20,000 nucleotides of DNA from an uncultured virus (IMG/VR IMGVR_UViG_3300021420_000025). Taxonomy: Duplodnaviria > Heunggongvirae > Uroviricota > Caudoviricetes. Shown here piece by piece: positions 1 to 7,630 of the stretch (its first letter is position 1; each line of letters opens with the position of its first letter). The stretch is from IMG/VR virus record IMGVR_UViG_3300021420_000025; one strand, written 5' to 3'. The position numbers and the translations under genes were made by a program. The notes beneath the pieces were generated by a model that had not been told where the DNA came from, did not search any database, and saw only the letters and a program-made list of their open reading frames with translations.

Positions 1-148
1 CCGTTACCCGAGTCAAATCGAGGATCTCTTTGACGAATGTTTGCGCGGCTGCAATACCCGCTCTCATCTCCCCGTAGGTATCGTCGGTGTCCTTAGCGGC
101 CCTCTCGAGCGCAATACTCAAGGCCTTTGTCTTTTCGATGAAGTCCAC
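1..148 (-). CDS. hypothetical phage protein, partial (runs off left edge)
   Basis: Read by hand: GTG at 148 lies just after the TGA of the 150-326 ORF; frame open to the window edge (MDFIEKTKALSIALERAAKDTDDTYGEMRAGIAAAQTFVKEILDLTRV...). Confidence 0.55.
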   Translation of the reverse strand, partial: MDFIEKTKALSIALERAAKDTDDTYGEMRAGIAAAQTFVKEILDLTRVT

Positions 149-149
149 G

Positions 150-326
150 TCAAGCCTCTTTGAATTTGGGGCATTCGCCGCAAGAGCATTCGCCCTTGCC
201 GCCCTCATGCGCGCCCCGCGGGCAGCCGCACCGCGCGCACGTGTCCGCGTCGGTCGACACGTCGCCGTCCTCGTCGCGGATGAACTGCGGCTCGTTCTCA
301 TCTTGGGGCTTGGCTCTCTTCTTCAT
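150..326 (-). CDS. small Cys/His-rich (zinc-ribbon-like) protein, 58 aa
   Basis: Not in ORF track. ATG overlaps the upstream TGA (ATGA, 323-326). MKKRAKPQDENEPQFIRDEDGDVSTDADTCARCGCPRGAHEGGKGECSCGECPKFKEA has CxxC...H...CxCxxC. Confidence 0.7.
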   Translation of the reverse strand: MKKRAKPQDENEPQFIRDEDGDVSTDADTCARCGCPRGAHEGGKGECSCGECPKFKEA

Positions 327-565
327 CGCGGCGTCGGTCCGGTTACAATAAAACCTCGAAAGCCTGCGTTGGCCGGGTCGATCAAGTCTTGTTGCTCTCG
401 CGTGAGTTGAATCTGATCAAGTCGAGTGAGAATCTTACGCGCCGCGCGCACCTTCTCCACATCGATGCCCTCGTCCATCAAGTCGGCCAGCACCGTCGCG
501 GCCTCCTCGAGCCGCCGCGCGTACTCGAGCGGCAACATGATGGTCTCCTTCTTCTTCTGCGCCAT
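323..565 (-). CDS. hypothetical protein, 80 aa
   Basis: ORF 323-625 trimmed to the ATG at 565 (MAQKKKETIML...), which follows an AAGAAGGGA purine-rich RBS; stop coupled to the next gene. Confidence 0.7.
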   Translation of the reverse strand: MAQKKKETIMLPLEYARRLEEAATVLADLMDEGIDVEKVRAARKILTRLDQIQLTREQQDLIDPANAGFRGFIVTGPTPR

Positions 566-569
566 CTGC

Positions 570-925
570 GTATCCCTTCTTGAAGAAGTGACCCTCTCCC
601 GAGTTGAACGGAAGTGCTTCTCCACCGCCGATGAGTGTCGTCCAAAACCCGCGGGCGGAGAGAAGCTTTACCCCGTAGGGCCTAACGTTCCCCCCGCGAA
701 CTGTCGAAGGCGCGCGGGGAGTACGGCCATGCTCATCGAAACCGTGGGCAGGCGCCACGTTGAAGTACTCGAGCGGTCAGACCCGAGCAGCTTCGAGTCT
801 TTCAAAAAGTTGCCGGCTCTGCGGGGCGTCCGCCGGCGGAGACTGCGCACGCCTTTAGAACGACGGGCGAACCGTCGGTTGGCAGCGAACGGGCGATGGT
901 CCGGACCACCCACCCGTACCCGAAG
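570..925 (-). ncRNA. candidate structured non-coding RNA or long leader
   Basis: About 355 nt without a credible ORF and tiled with stems at 889-917, 859-880, 762-794, 692-719 and 616-666. No known family recognised. Confidence 0.35.
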
Positions 926-926
926 T

Positions 927-1598
927 CTATTTCTTTCTGCCGACGACCTTCAAAGGCGGCGCTGTCTTCTTCACCCCTTTGGCGACCGTCTTGGGCGGCT
1001 CGTCTTCTTCGTCCTCGTCCTCTTCCTCGTCGTCGTCCTCCTCTTCGTCCTCGTCCTCTTCTTCCGGTCCCTCGGCCGGCGGCTCTTCGTCGTCCTCGTC
1101 GTCGACGTCTTTCAGCGGGGGGACTTCTCCCGAGGGCTTGGTGTACCGCGCCTCGGTGCGCTTCTCACCGTCCTTCTCCGTAACGACCGTGCCGATCTCG
1201 AACGTCTGGCCGTCCAACGCCGCAATGTATTCGTCGAAGTCGGACCACTCCTTGTAGACCGTCGGCAAACTGCTCAACTCCACCCCCGCGAGCTTGGCGA
1301 GGTCGCGGTTCTTCTTCTTGCAGCCCTGTTCCCATTTGTGCCCCTTGGGCACAAACCCCAAGTAGTCGAACACGCTGCTCCCGAGCGCTTTCTCGTGCTC
1401 CTCGTCGTCGTGCGAGAGGCACGTCTTCAGTTTCCACTGAAGCTTGAACATCGGGTATTTGGGCGCGCCGTCTTTGCCCGTCGTCGATTTGATCACCTTG
1501 AGCGTGGCGGTCCATCGGCCGGCCGGGGCGTCGGGCGGGATGTCGGTTGAGTCGTACTTCACTTTGCTAAACGCGAGAGTCTTTTCAGCAGCGGGCAT
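927..1598 (-). CDS. putative single-stranded DNA-binding protein (DUF669-like) with long acidic tract
   Basis: GAAGGAGA RBS; N-terminal DIPPDAPAGRWTATLKVIK...YPMFKLQW pattern resembles phage DUF669/SSB OB-folds; Asp/Glu tract near the C-terminus; downstream of a Sak4-like ATPase. Confidence 0.6.
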   Translation of the reverse strand: MPAAEKTLAFSKVKYDSTDIPPDAPAGRWTATLKVIKSTTGKDGAPKYPMFKLQWKLKTCLSHDDEEHEKALGSSVFDYLGFVPKGHKWEQGCKKKNRDLAKLAGVELSSLPTVYKEWSDFDEYIAALDGQTFEIGTVVTEKDGEKRTEARYTKPSGEVPPLKDVDDEDDEEPPAEGPEEEDEDEEEDDDEEEDEDEEDEPPKTVAKGVKKTAPPLKVVGRKK

Positions 1599-1660
1599 GA
1601 TCTCTGATCTCCTTCATTCTTTGATTGCGATTGGGCCGCCATTGACGGGCGGCGACATTT

Positions 1661-1735
1661 TTACTCGGTGTCCCCGTACATCTTGTGCGCCATAGCATCG
1701 TCGTACGCGTCGTCCGCCAGCTCTTGAGGCATCAT
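1661..1735 (-). CDS. possible 24-aa acidic micro-protein
   Basis: ATG overlaps the ATPase stop (ATGA 1732-1735); MMPQELADDAYDDAMAHKMYGDTE*. Confidence 0.3.
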   Translation of the reverse strand: MMPQELADDAYDDAMAHKMYGDTE

Positions 1736-2565
1736 GTGGAGTCGCTCTTCGTTTCGAGGCCGTTGCTGCGACCCGGCGCGGCCTCGACGGGAGGGTTTTT
1801 CTTCACCCTATTTCCGATTTTGCGGATGCCCATCGCCTTCATCAGCATTCGAATGTTCGCCGGGATGGGCACTGTCTGTGCACCGCTCGGCAAGCTGCGG
1901 CAGCCGGGGCCCCACACGCCCTCGCCGCTCGTCACGAAAACGCGCTGGCCGTTGCGCATGTCCATGAAGACGACATCCTGGAACATCGCGGGGATCACCG
2001 TGCGCGCTTTGCCGCCGAGGAGCGGGACAATCCCGTGCCCCGACTTGGCGGTCTGCCCTTCAATGATCTCGCCCCCGACGTCCATGTAGTGGGAGGTCAC
2101 GATCACGTGCGCCTTCATCCGAAAGAGCCGGGCGCACACGTTCTGCAGCCGCTTCGTGTACTCCGGCCAGTAGCGGCGGCCGTCGGGCCCTTTGCCCGAT
2201 TCATTGGTCGCGTCCGCGAGCTGCACTTCGATGTTGGACGCGAAGGAGCTCAACGGGTCAACCACGATCGTGTGGTACAGCCCCGCCTTGACGCCCTTGC
2301 GCGCGACCGCGAGCGCGCGCTCCATGTCGTTCAGCTCCTCGACCAACTCCACGTCGAACTCGTCGCCGGCGATCGCGCCGAGCTGACCGTCTTTCCTCTT
2401 CCACGCGAGCACGGCGGGCCGGATCGCGCCTTTCTCATCGCAGTTGATGAGGAGCACGCCCGGCTCGCAGGTCGTCACGGCCGCGCGCGTCTTTCCGATC
2501 TTGGGGGGCCCCAACAGGAAAAGACGCAAGTACAAATCCATCGCCACTTCGCTGGCGCCCGGCAT
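1732..2565 (-). CDS. AAA_24/Sak4-like phage recombination ATPase
   Basis: Walker A LFLLGPPKIGKT, Walker B TIVVDPLSS and VIVTSH motif; 277 aa; upstream of an SSB-like gene, as is usual for Sak4 modules. Confidence 0.8.
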   Translation of the reverse strand: MPGASEVAMDLYLRLFLLGPPKIGKTRAAVTTCEPGVLLINCDEKGAIRPAVLAWKRKDGQLGAIAGDEFDVELVEELNDMERALAVARKGVKAGLYHTIVVDPLSSFASNIEVQLADATNESGKGPDGRRYWPEYTKRLQNVCARLFRMKAHVIVTSHYMDVGGEIIEGQTAKSGHGIVPLLGGKARTVIPAMFQDVVFMDMRNGQRVFVTSGEGVWGPGCRSLPSGAQTVPIPANIRMLMKAMGIRKIGNRVKKNPPVEAAPGRSNGLETKSDST

Positions 2566-2585
2566 TTCTTCTCATCCCTTCGTTT

Positions 2586-2718
2586 CGTGGCGTTGGGGCG
2601 CTAACCCGAACCGCCACGGTCGCCGGATTGAGGCGAGGCTGCAACGTACCCCCAATGGTGCCCGGGGGGGCAGGCAAGCCACCGCAGTACAGCCCCAGCC
2701 CCGCCTCAATCCTTCGAC
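2586..2718 (-). ncRNA. candidate structured RNA: 100-nt rod hairpin plus a 3' hairpin
   Basis: GGATTGAGGCGGGGCTG pairs with CAGCCTCGCCTCAATCC (17 bp, 2625-2712) with further internal stems; a second hairpin lies at 2586-2618. Mismatches are G-U wobbles on the minus strand. Confidence 0.4.
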
Positions 2719-2725
2719 ATCGGGG

Positions 2726-2755
2726 TTGATAGTCGAGGCCCACGGGTCCGGGCAA
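2726..2755 (-). promoter_or_regulatory. weak sigma70-like promoter candidate
   Basis: TTGCCC-N18-TATCAA on the minus strand, ending 7 nt before the rod hairpin; A-rich tract upstream. Confidence 0.2.
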
Positions 2756-2820
2756 GTAAAATCAGCAGAGGTCGCTCTTTTTCTTCTCGGCTCTCTTCGA
2801 ACCCCGCTTATTTCCCCGCT

Positions 2821-2862
2821 AGAAAGACAAATCCCCGCGTTCTCCGAAGAGAACCCAGGGAT
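2821..2862 (-). terminator. putative intrinsic terminator downstream of the sigma gene
   Basis: ATCCCTGGGTTCTC-TTCG-GAGAACGCGGGGAT hairpin with a cUUCGg loop followed by TTGTCTTTCT. Confidence 0.5.
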
Positions 2863-2933
2863 CGGTCTAGCGCACGACGTCGGAAACGAAGGAGAGATTC
2901 CGAAAGGTCGCGCTAAGCCTAGCAGAGCCGTCG

Positions 2934-3689
2934 TCAAGGGTCGTAGTTCTTTTTTTCGGCCAAAAACTCGACTTCTACGAGCTCTGCGGCTTCTGCCTCT
3001 TCTGCGGCGGATTCCTCCGCGGAAAAGTCGTCGGTCTCGAAGCCTTCCGAGAGCTTGTCGTTCTCGTTGATCCCCGCGCCCCCCTCGAGCACGTCGCGGA
3101 GCCGCCCGAGCGCCCGGTCGATCAGTTGCGAAACCCGCGGCGGCGAGACCCGCATCCGCGCCGCAATGATCGTCATGGGGATGTCGCCCACGAAAAAAGC
3201 CCGCAGCACGCTTTGGTCGCGGGGAGACAGCTTCGAAAGGGCAAGCTGCACCATCCGCCGGTCCATCAGGTCCGCGCTCGGCGGGTGCACCCGCGGCGCC
3301 ATGCGCTCCCACTCCGAGACCACGAGGTCGTCGATGCCGATCTTGCTGACGTGCGGCAACCCCGCCCGCTGCCGGCGCGTCAGCCAGTCCTGGGCCCGCA
3401 GTTCGTCCAGGATGGCCCCACGAATGCGCGCCATCAGGAAGTTAGAGTTTCGCTCAGGGGTACGCTTGAGGAGCTCCCAGAGCCCGAGGCGGCCGGCCGC
3501 GATGAGGTCTTCCTCTTGGACGTTCGGCGGGAGCTTGCCGAGAATGCGCCGGGCGATTTTGCGTACGAGCGGGTCGTACTGGAGGAGCTCTTTCTCTAAC
3601 GCGCGTCGATGCGACCCGTCGGTCTTCGGCTCCGCGGGAAACGCCGCGGGGGGATACGAACGCGGGGGAGGAAACGAAGACGAGGGCAC
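2934..3689 (-). CDS. FliA/WhiG-like (sigma28-type) RNA polymerase sigma factor
   Basis: Region 2: YDPLVRKIARRILGKLPPNVQEEDLIAAGRLGL...RIRGAILDELRAQDW. Region 4: LSKLSPRDQSVL...IAARMRVSPPRVSQLIDRALGRLR. Start codon uncertain. Confidence 0.9.
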   Translation of the reverse strand: MPSSSFPPPRSYPPAAFPAEPKTDGSHRRALEKELLQYDPLVRKIARRILGKLPPNVQEEDLIAAGRLGLWELLKRTPERNSNFLMARIRGAILDELRAQDWLTRRQRAGLPHVSKIGIDDLVVSEWERMAPRVHPPSADLMDRRMVQLALSKLSPRDQSVLRAFFVGDIPMTIIAARMRVSPPRVSQLIDRALGRLRDVLEGGAGINENDKLSEGFETDDFSAEESAAEEAEAAELVEVEFLAEKKNYDP

Positions 3690-3697
3690 AATCTAGA

Positions 3698-4345
3698 TTA
3701 GCGCGTGGGGGAACGAACCCGCTCTTCGAGGAGCCTTTCGCGGTCCGCCTTGACCGCCTCGTACTTCGACGTGAGCAACTTGAGGTCGTGCTTGAACAGG
3801 GCGCACTCTAGATCCAACTCTGCGACCCGCGCTAGGAGCCGCTCGATTGTCTTCGCGTGGTCGCGGTAAAAGCTGTCGAGCGTTCGATAGGCCGCTTTCT
3901 CAAAGTTCACAGCCCGCTCGAACTCATCGGCAACGGCCCTCCAACCCCACGTAAAGTTGAACTGGGTGCCATGGGCGACGTCCCAAATGTGTTGGAGTCG
4001 ATCCGCGAGCTGATCGCGCGGCTCATTCGACTTTAGAGATGATGCCACGGTACTCCCGCCGTGGCCCGGCTCTGGTTGCCGCGTCCCGACTCGAACGGGA
4101 TCACCCTGCGCGCATTCGACGGCGCCGACCGGCTTGTTTAGGCCCGCATCGGCCAGAGTTTGCATCGCGTATTGCGTCAGGGCCAACCATCCCGCCTTGT
4201 GGCGCTGCAGCATGTTCTTCCACGCGAGCGCGCCGTAGATCTCGCAGCCCACGCGGATGGCATGCTCGCGCAATGCCCGCGCCCGCTCGTCGAGCGATTC
4301 GCGCGGCTTGTGTTCAAGGTAGAAAGCATCGGTTCGCGTCGTCAT
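3698..4345 (-). CDS. hypothetical protein with C-terminal coiled coil, 215 aa
   Basis: ATG at 4345 overlaps the upstream TGA; heptad-like C-terminus (IERLLARVAELDLE...). Confidence 0.7.
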   Translation of the reverse strand: MTTRTDAFYLEHKPRESLDERARALREHAIRVGCEIYGALAWKNMLQRHKAGWLALTQYAMQTLADAGLNKPVGAVECAQGDPVRVGTRQPEPGHGGSTVASSLKSNEPRDQLADRLQHIWDVAHGTQFNFTWGWRAVADEFERAVNFEKAAYRTLDSFYRDHAKTIERLLARVAELDLECALFKHDLKLLTSKYEAVKADRERLLEERVRSPTR

Positions 4346-4518
4346 CGTTCCACCCACAGCTCTTTGAGGAGCGCCTCACAGCGCGCCCGCCAACCGTTCG
4401 TGAGGATAGCCTCATCGCGCAAGGACGGATCTCCCATGATCATGTGAGCGTCCGCCAAGAGCACACGGATCTTTTGAAGCGTGTCGTCGGAGAGTGTTGA
4501 TGCCGCCCGCGGTCTCAT
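4342..4518 (-). CDS. hypothetical protein, 58 aa
   Basis: 3' part of ORF 4342-4869, starting MRPRAASTLSDD; ATGA overlaps at both ends. Confidence 0.6.
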   Translation of the reverse strand: MRPRAASTLSDDTLQKIRVLLADAHMIMGDPSLRDEAILTNGWRARCEALLKELWVER

Positions 4519-4991
4519 GCGGTCCCCGCTTGCGTTGCCGCCGGTTCGAAGAGCGCCATTGCCCCCAACTCGTCGCGCGTGTTGCCCTTGCTCTCGCTCC
4601 GCGCCACGAAGCCCACACAGGCGAGCAACACACCGGCGAGAGTCTCTTTCACTATCGGAATATCTCCCCGGTTGATGTTCGACGCCGCGCGCAACGCCGC
4701 TTGCAGCAGCTTCGGCAACACCCGGAAGTGCGCCCCACAGACGAAGTGCTTGCGCAAGAGCGGCGTCTCGCACCCGCGGCAGGGACAAATGCCGGGACGG
4801 GCGATCGTCTCGACGGCCTCCACCTCTTCCGCGCTCACGACCTCGAGCGGCCGCACGTTGATTTGGCACGACCCGGGAATGCCGAACGCTTTGGTCGCGA
4901 TCGCGCGGAGCATTGCGTTTTGGACATCCTCGGGCGTGACCGGCCAGTTCGTTTGAAGCGTGAGAGTGATCTCAAACTTTCGGGATTTCAT
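4515..4991 (-). CDS. hypothetical protein with zinc-finger-like motif, 158 aa
   Basis: Starts MKSRKFEIT (ATGA overlap at 4988-4991); CPCRGC-x10-CGAH followed by LPKLLQ. Confidence 0.7.
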   Translation of the reverse strand: MKSRKFEITLTLQTNWPVTPEDVQNAMLRAIATKAFGIPGSCQINVRPLEVVSAEEVEAVETIARPGICPCRGCETPLLRKHFVCGAHFRVLPKLLQAALRAASNINRGDIPIVKETLAGVLLACVGFVARSESKGNTRDELGAMALFEPAATQAGTA

Positions 4992-5266
4992 TTCTTGGCT
5001 GGGCCCTTCAAGGACGAGTCGATATCTTCTAAGGCCGCGTGTGCGGTAACCACTACCGCGATCGCAGTGAGAGGGTCGACCCGCGGATTGCTGAGCGCCC
5101 CTGCCATCAATGCAATTAGCTCCGCGCGCCACCGGTCGTTCTGCATCCCCTCGAGCTTCCGCACTTCGGCCGCGATGTGCTGCGCCCACACTTTGACCGC
5201 GCCCGTCTGCATCGTCGGCGTGGTGATCTCCGCCATGTCCTGATCGATCTTCTCGGAAAGCTTCAT
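4988..5266 (-). CDS. hypothetical protein, 92 aa
   Basis: Starts MKLSEKIDQD after a GGAGAGGAG RBS; ATGA overlap. Confidence 0.7.
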   Translation of the reverse strand: MKLSEKIDQDMAEITTPTMQTGAVKVWAQHIAAEVRKLEGMQNDRWRAELIALMAGALSNPRVDPLTAIAVVVTAHAALEDIDSSLKGPAKK

Positions 5267-5649
5267 TGCCCGTTCTCCTCTCCGCGAACGCGGACCTTCG
5301 TGACCAGCCGCAAGTCGTTCGTGAACACGCCGAGCGGCCCGAAGCAACGACGCGTCGTCGTGAGCGCGCCGCCGGTTAGACCCATGAAGTTCTCATGCGG
5401 ATCGAGCACCGCGATGAAGCCCTTGAGGCCCGCGGCGCGCCGGAGCTGCCCGCTGTGGGTCGCGACGAGGGCGGTGGGAGCCAGTTCTCTTGCCTCATAG
5501 TCGTCCGAGCCAGGTTTTGGCGTCCGCGTGGGCCGGCCCCACGCCACAACCGGGCGTTCAAAAAACTTGCCCTTCTCGAGCGCGCGGAAAAGGGCGCGGT
5601 GGCCCGTCGTGCAAGCGGTCAAATTCCCTTCGAGGGTGTAGCGCGCCAT
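5263..5649 (-). CDS. hypothetical protein, 128 aa
   Basis: ATG at 5649 preceded by AGGAG (MARYTLEGN...); first gene of a chain of ATGA-coupled ORFs. Confidence 0.7.
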   Translation of the reverse strand: MARYTLEGNLTACTTGHRALFRALEKGKFFERPVVAWGRPTRTPKPGSDDYEARELAPTALVATHSGQLRRAAGLKGFIAVLDPHENFMGLTGGALTTTRRCFGPLGVFTNDLRLVTKVRVRGEENGQ

Positions 5650-5671
5650 CCAAAACTCCTGTTGAGGCCGG

Positions 5672-5882
5672 TGAACCACCTGATCCACCTGATCCACCTG
5701 GTTTCAAGACTTCTATAAATGCGTGGGTGTGACAGGGTGCTGTTCTATACAGGTCTTTGGAAAAGGTGGATCAGGTGGTTCAGGTGGTTCATCTCTGCCG
5801 TAAGAGAGACTTGTAACACCGATGAATCCCATTGTCCAGCTCGCTCATCAAAAGTGATCCACCTCGGGCCTACTGATCCACC
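5672..5882. repeat. iteron array / putative replication origin (8 x TGA[A/T]CCACC)
   Basis: Three tandem copies at 5672-5698, three tandem inverted copies at 5765-5791, and single copies at 5855-5863 and 5874-5882; AT-richer spacers; at the 3' end of the helicase gene. Confidence 0.8.
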
Positions 5883-7447
5883 TCTTTCGCGTTTTCTATT
5901 AGAGTTTTAGCTATTTTTTCCCGCGAGGGTGTGACATTTATTTTCACAATTTCTCCAGGCACCCGCAGGGACGATCGGGTGGGTTTTCGTGCCCCTTTCC
6001 CCGGGAAATACCGCCGGGCGCGAACGCCGTCGACGGTCGAAAGTCGCCTCCCAGAATTTGCCCATTTTAGGAGGCGAAGGATGGCAGCTACACGCATCTC
6101 TACGTCCCTTTTGAGATCTGAGGGGCGTATTTTGAGAACGGTCGTCAGGAGCTGATGGGTCGTAATTCCTGCCGAATGGACCGCTTCGTCGGACAGAAAT
6201 CGGGCGACGATTCGCGCCCACGGGTCGGACAGAAGTCGCGCCTCTTGTTCGTCCTGGGCCGCGGCGAGAATTTCCGGGTCGCTGATGTGCCAGGGCTCGT
6301 CGGCCAGGTAGCGAGCTGTAGCTTCGGCCCAAAGCTGCTCCCGAATTTGGACCACCCCAAGCCGGTCGATGGCCGCCAAGAGGAGCGGCCAGAAGCGCCG
6401 GTTGCCGGTGTCGTCGGTGAAGTACTCGTCCTTGTTGGTCGTGCCGGCGAAGACGCACGTGCGGGGGTAGTCCGCCGTCTCGCGCCCGTAGCTCTTTCGG
6501 TAGCTATCGATGGGGCACGTCATGTAGGCCTTTGCGGCGGAGAGCGCGCTTTTTCCAAGCGAGTCGAGCTCGGACATCTCGACGATCCACTTGCCGCGCA
6601 GCTTTTGGAAAGAGTCGACCTTGCCGAACTCACTGCCGATGTCGACGAGAAACCACTGCTCGTTGGGCGTGATCGCGCGAAGCAGCGTGCTTTTGCCGAT
6701 GCCTTGGGCGCCCTCCAAAATGATCCCGTGGTCGACTTGGCACCCCGGCTGGAAGACGCGCGCGACCGCGCTGATCATCCACATCGCCGAGACCGCACGG
6801 GCGTAGGGCGTGTCGCGCACGCCGGCGTAGTCGACCAACCATTTGTCCAGCCGCGGAGTGCGATCCCACGTGCCGATGAGTTTTTTGAGATAGTCGCGCG
6901 GGCCGTGTTGGGGGTTGCTGTGGGCGACGGCATCGACGGCGGCGACGGCGTCGTGGGCTTTGAGTTGCATTTCGTACTCCCTTTCGAGCCAGGCTCTGAG
7001 CAGCGTTGTGTCGAGATCGGTCCAGGGTCCGGGCTTGCGGTAGGCCTTCGACGGCCGGTCGTGCCGGTGCCACTTCGCGGGGGTGAGTTTGAGGACCTTG
7101 CCGGCGAAGGCGTCGTAGGCGAGCACGCCGGCCCATTTGGGATCGTGCCGCAAGATGCTGATGGCGTTCGCGAGCGAGGGGGCGTAGTTGCCGCGCGGGG
7201 TGCGCGTCAGCTCCGTCTTCCAATGCGCGGCGACGGCCTTGAGGGGCAGCGGCTTCGGCGGCGCTGCTTTGGCCGCTGCTTTGGGCATTGCTTTGGGCGC
7301 AACGGCCTTCAGGGGCGGTTTCGACCCAGGGGTCGTTTTGGACTTGCGCCTCTTTCGAGCCCCCGTCGCTTGCTCGGGCGGACCGTCTTCTCCTGTCGGG
7401 GCGAAAAAGCGGTCCAGTTCCTCCTCGGCGAGCACGCGCTTGGTCAT
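5870..7447 (-). CDS. VapE/VirE-family SF3 helicase (virulence-associated protein E-like)
   Basis: AVARVFQPGCQVD, Walker A ILEGAQGIGKS, Walker B WIVEMSELD, YRKSYGR, RTCVFAGTTN, DDTGNRRFWP, REQLWAEA; GAGGGAG RBS. Confidence 0.92.
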   Translation of the reverse strand: MTKRVLAEEELDRFFAPTGEDGPPEQATGARKRRKSKTTPGSKPPLKAVAPKAMPKAAAKAAPPKPLPLKAVAAHWKTELTRTPRGNYAPSLANAISILRHDPKWAGVLAYDAFAGKVLKLTPAKWHRHDRPSKAYRKPGPWTDLDTTLLRAWLEREYEMQLKAHDAVAAVDAVAHSNPQHGPRDYLKKLIGTWDRTPRLDKWLVDYAGVRDTPYARAVSAMWMISAVARVFQPGCQVDHGIILEGAQGIGKSTLLRAITPNEQWFLVDIGSEFGKVDSFQKLRGKWIVEMSELDSLGKSALSAAKAYMTCPIDSYRKSYGRETADYPRTCVFAGTTNKDEYFTDDTGNRRFWPLLLAAIDRLGVVQIREQLWAEATARYLADEPWHISDPEILAAAQDEQEARLLSDPWARIVARFLSDEAVHSAGITTHQLLTTVLKIRPSDLKRDVEMRVAAILRLLKWANSGRRLSTVDGVRARRYFPGKGARKPTRSSLRVPGEIVKINVTPSREKIAKTLIENAKEVDQ

Positions 7448-7630
7448 CTTCTCCCTCGGGCCTCCCGCTTCGCTTCAAAATGCCGCGCTAAGGCATCGAG
7501 CTCTTGCGGGAGGGCTAACCTACTCGTATGTTAGAGGTCGACGCAACGGTCCTGCGGACCGCAGTTGAAATCGGGTGGGATATCAACGGCAAGGGGTTTT
7601 ATGAAGACGATAGGCAAGAAAGGTCTTGCA
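7448..7630. promoter_or_regulatory. divergent control region with several inverted repeats
   Basis: Between divergent arms; dyads CTAACCTAC-TC-GTATGTTAG (7515-7534), CTGCGG-A-CCGCAG (7552-7564) and GTTGAAATC-N6-GATATCAAC (7564-7587). Confidence 0.55.

Noticed and set aside
831..858. Possible sigma28 promoter TAAA-N16-GCCGGCGG on the minus strand
   Set aside because: The -10 element matches only half of GCCGATAA and lies in GC-rich stem sequence; likely chance.
426..1550. 374-aa plus-strand ORF and nested poly-Ser ORF 979-1257
   Set aside because: Antisense shadows of the SSB-like gene; the hydrophobic and Ser runs are reverse-complement readings of its Asp/Glu codons.
570..2930. tRNA, SRP RNA or hammerhead ribozyme in the structured gaps
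   Set aside because: No cloverleaf with a T-loop and CCA end, no SRP GGAA domain-IV motif and no CUGAUGA/GAAA core found by eye.
5650..5697. MDQVDQV N-terminal extension of ORF 5263-5697
   Set aside because: It is a translation of the iterons; the ATG at 5649 has the AGGAG RBS.
6155..7534. 459-aa plus-strand ORF
   Set aside because: Antisense to the motif-rich VapE gene; long shadow ORFs are expected in GC-rich DNA.
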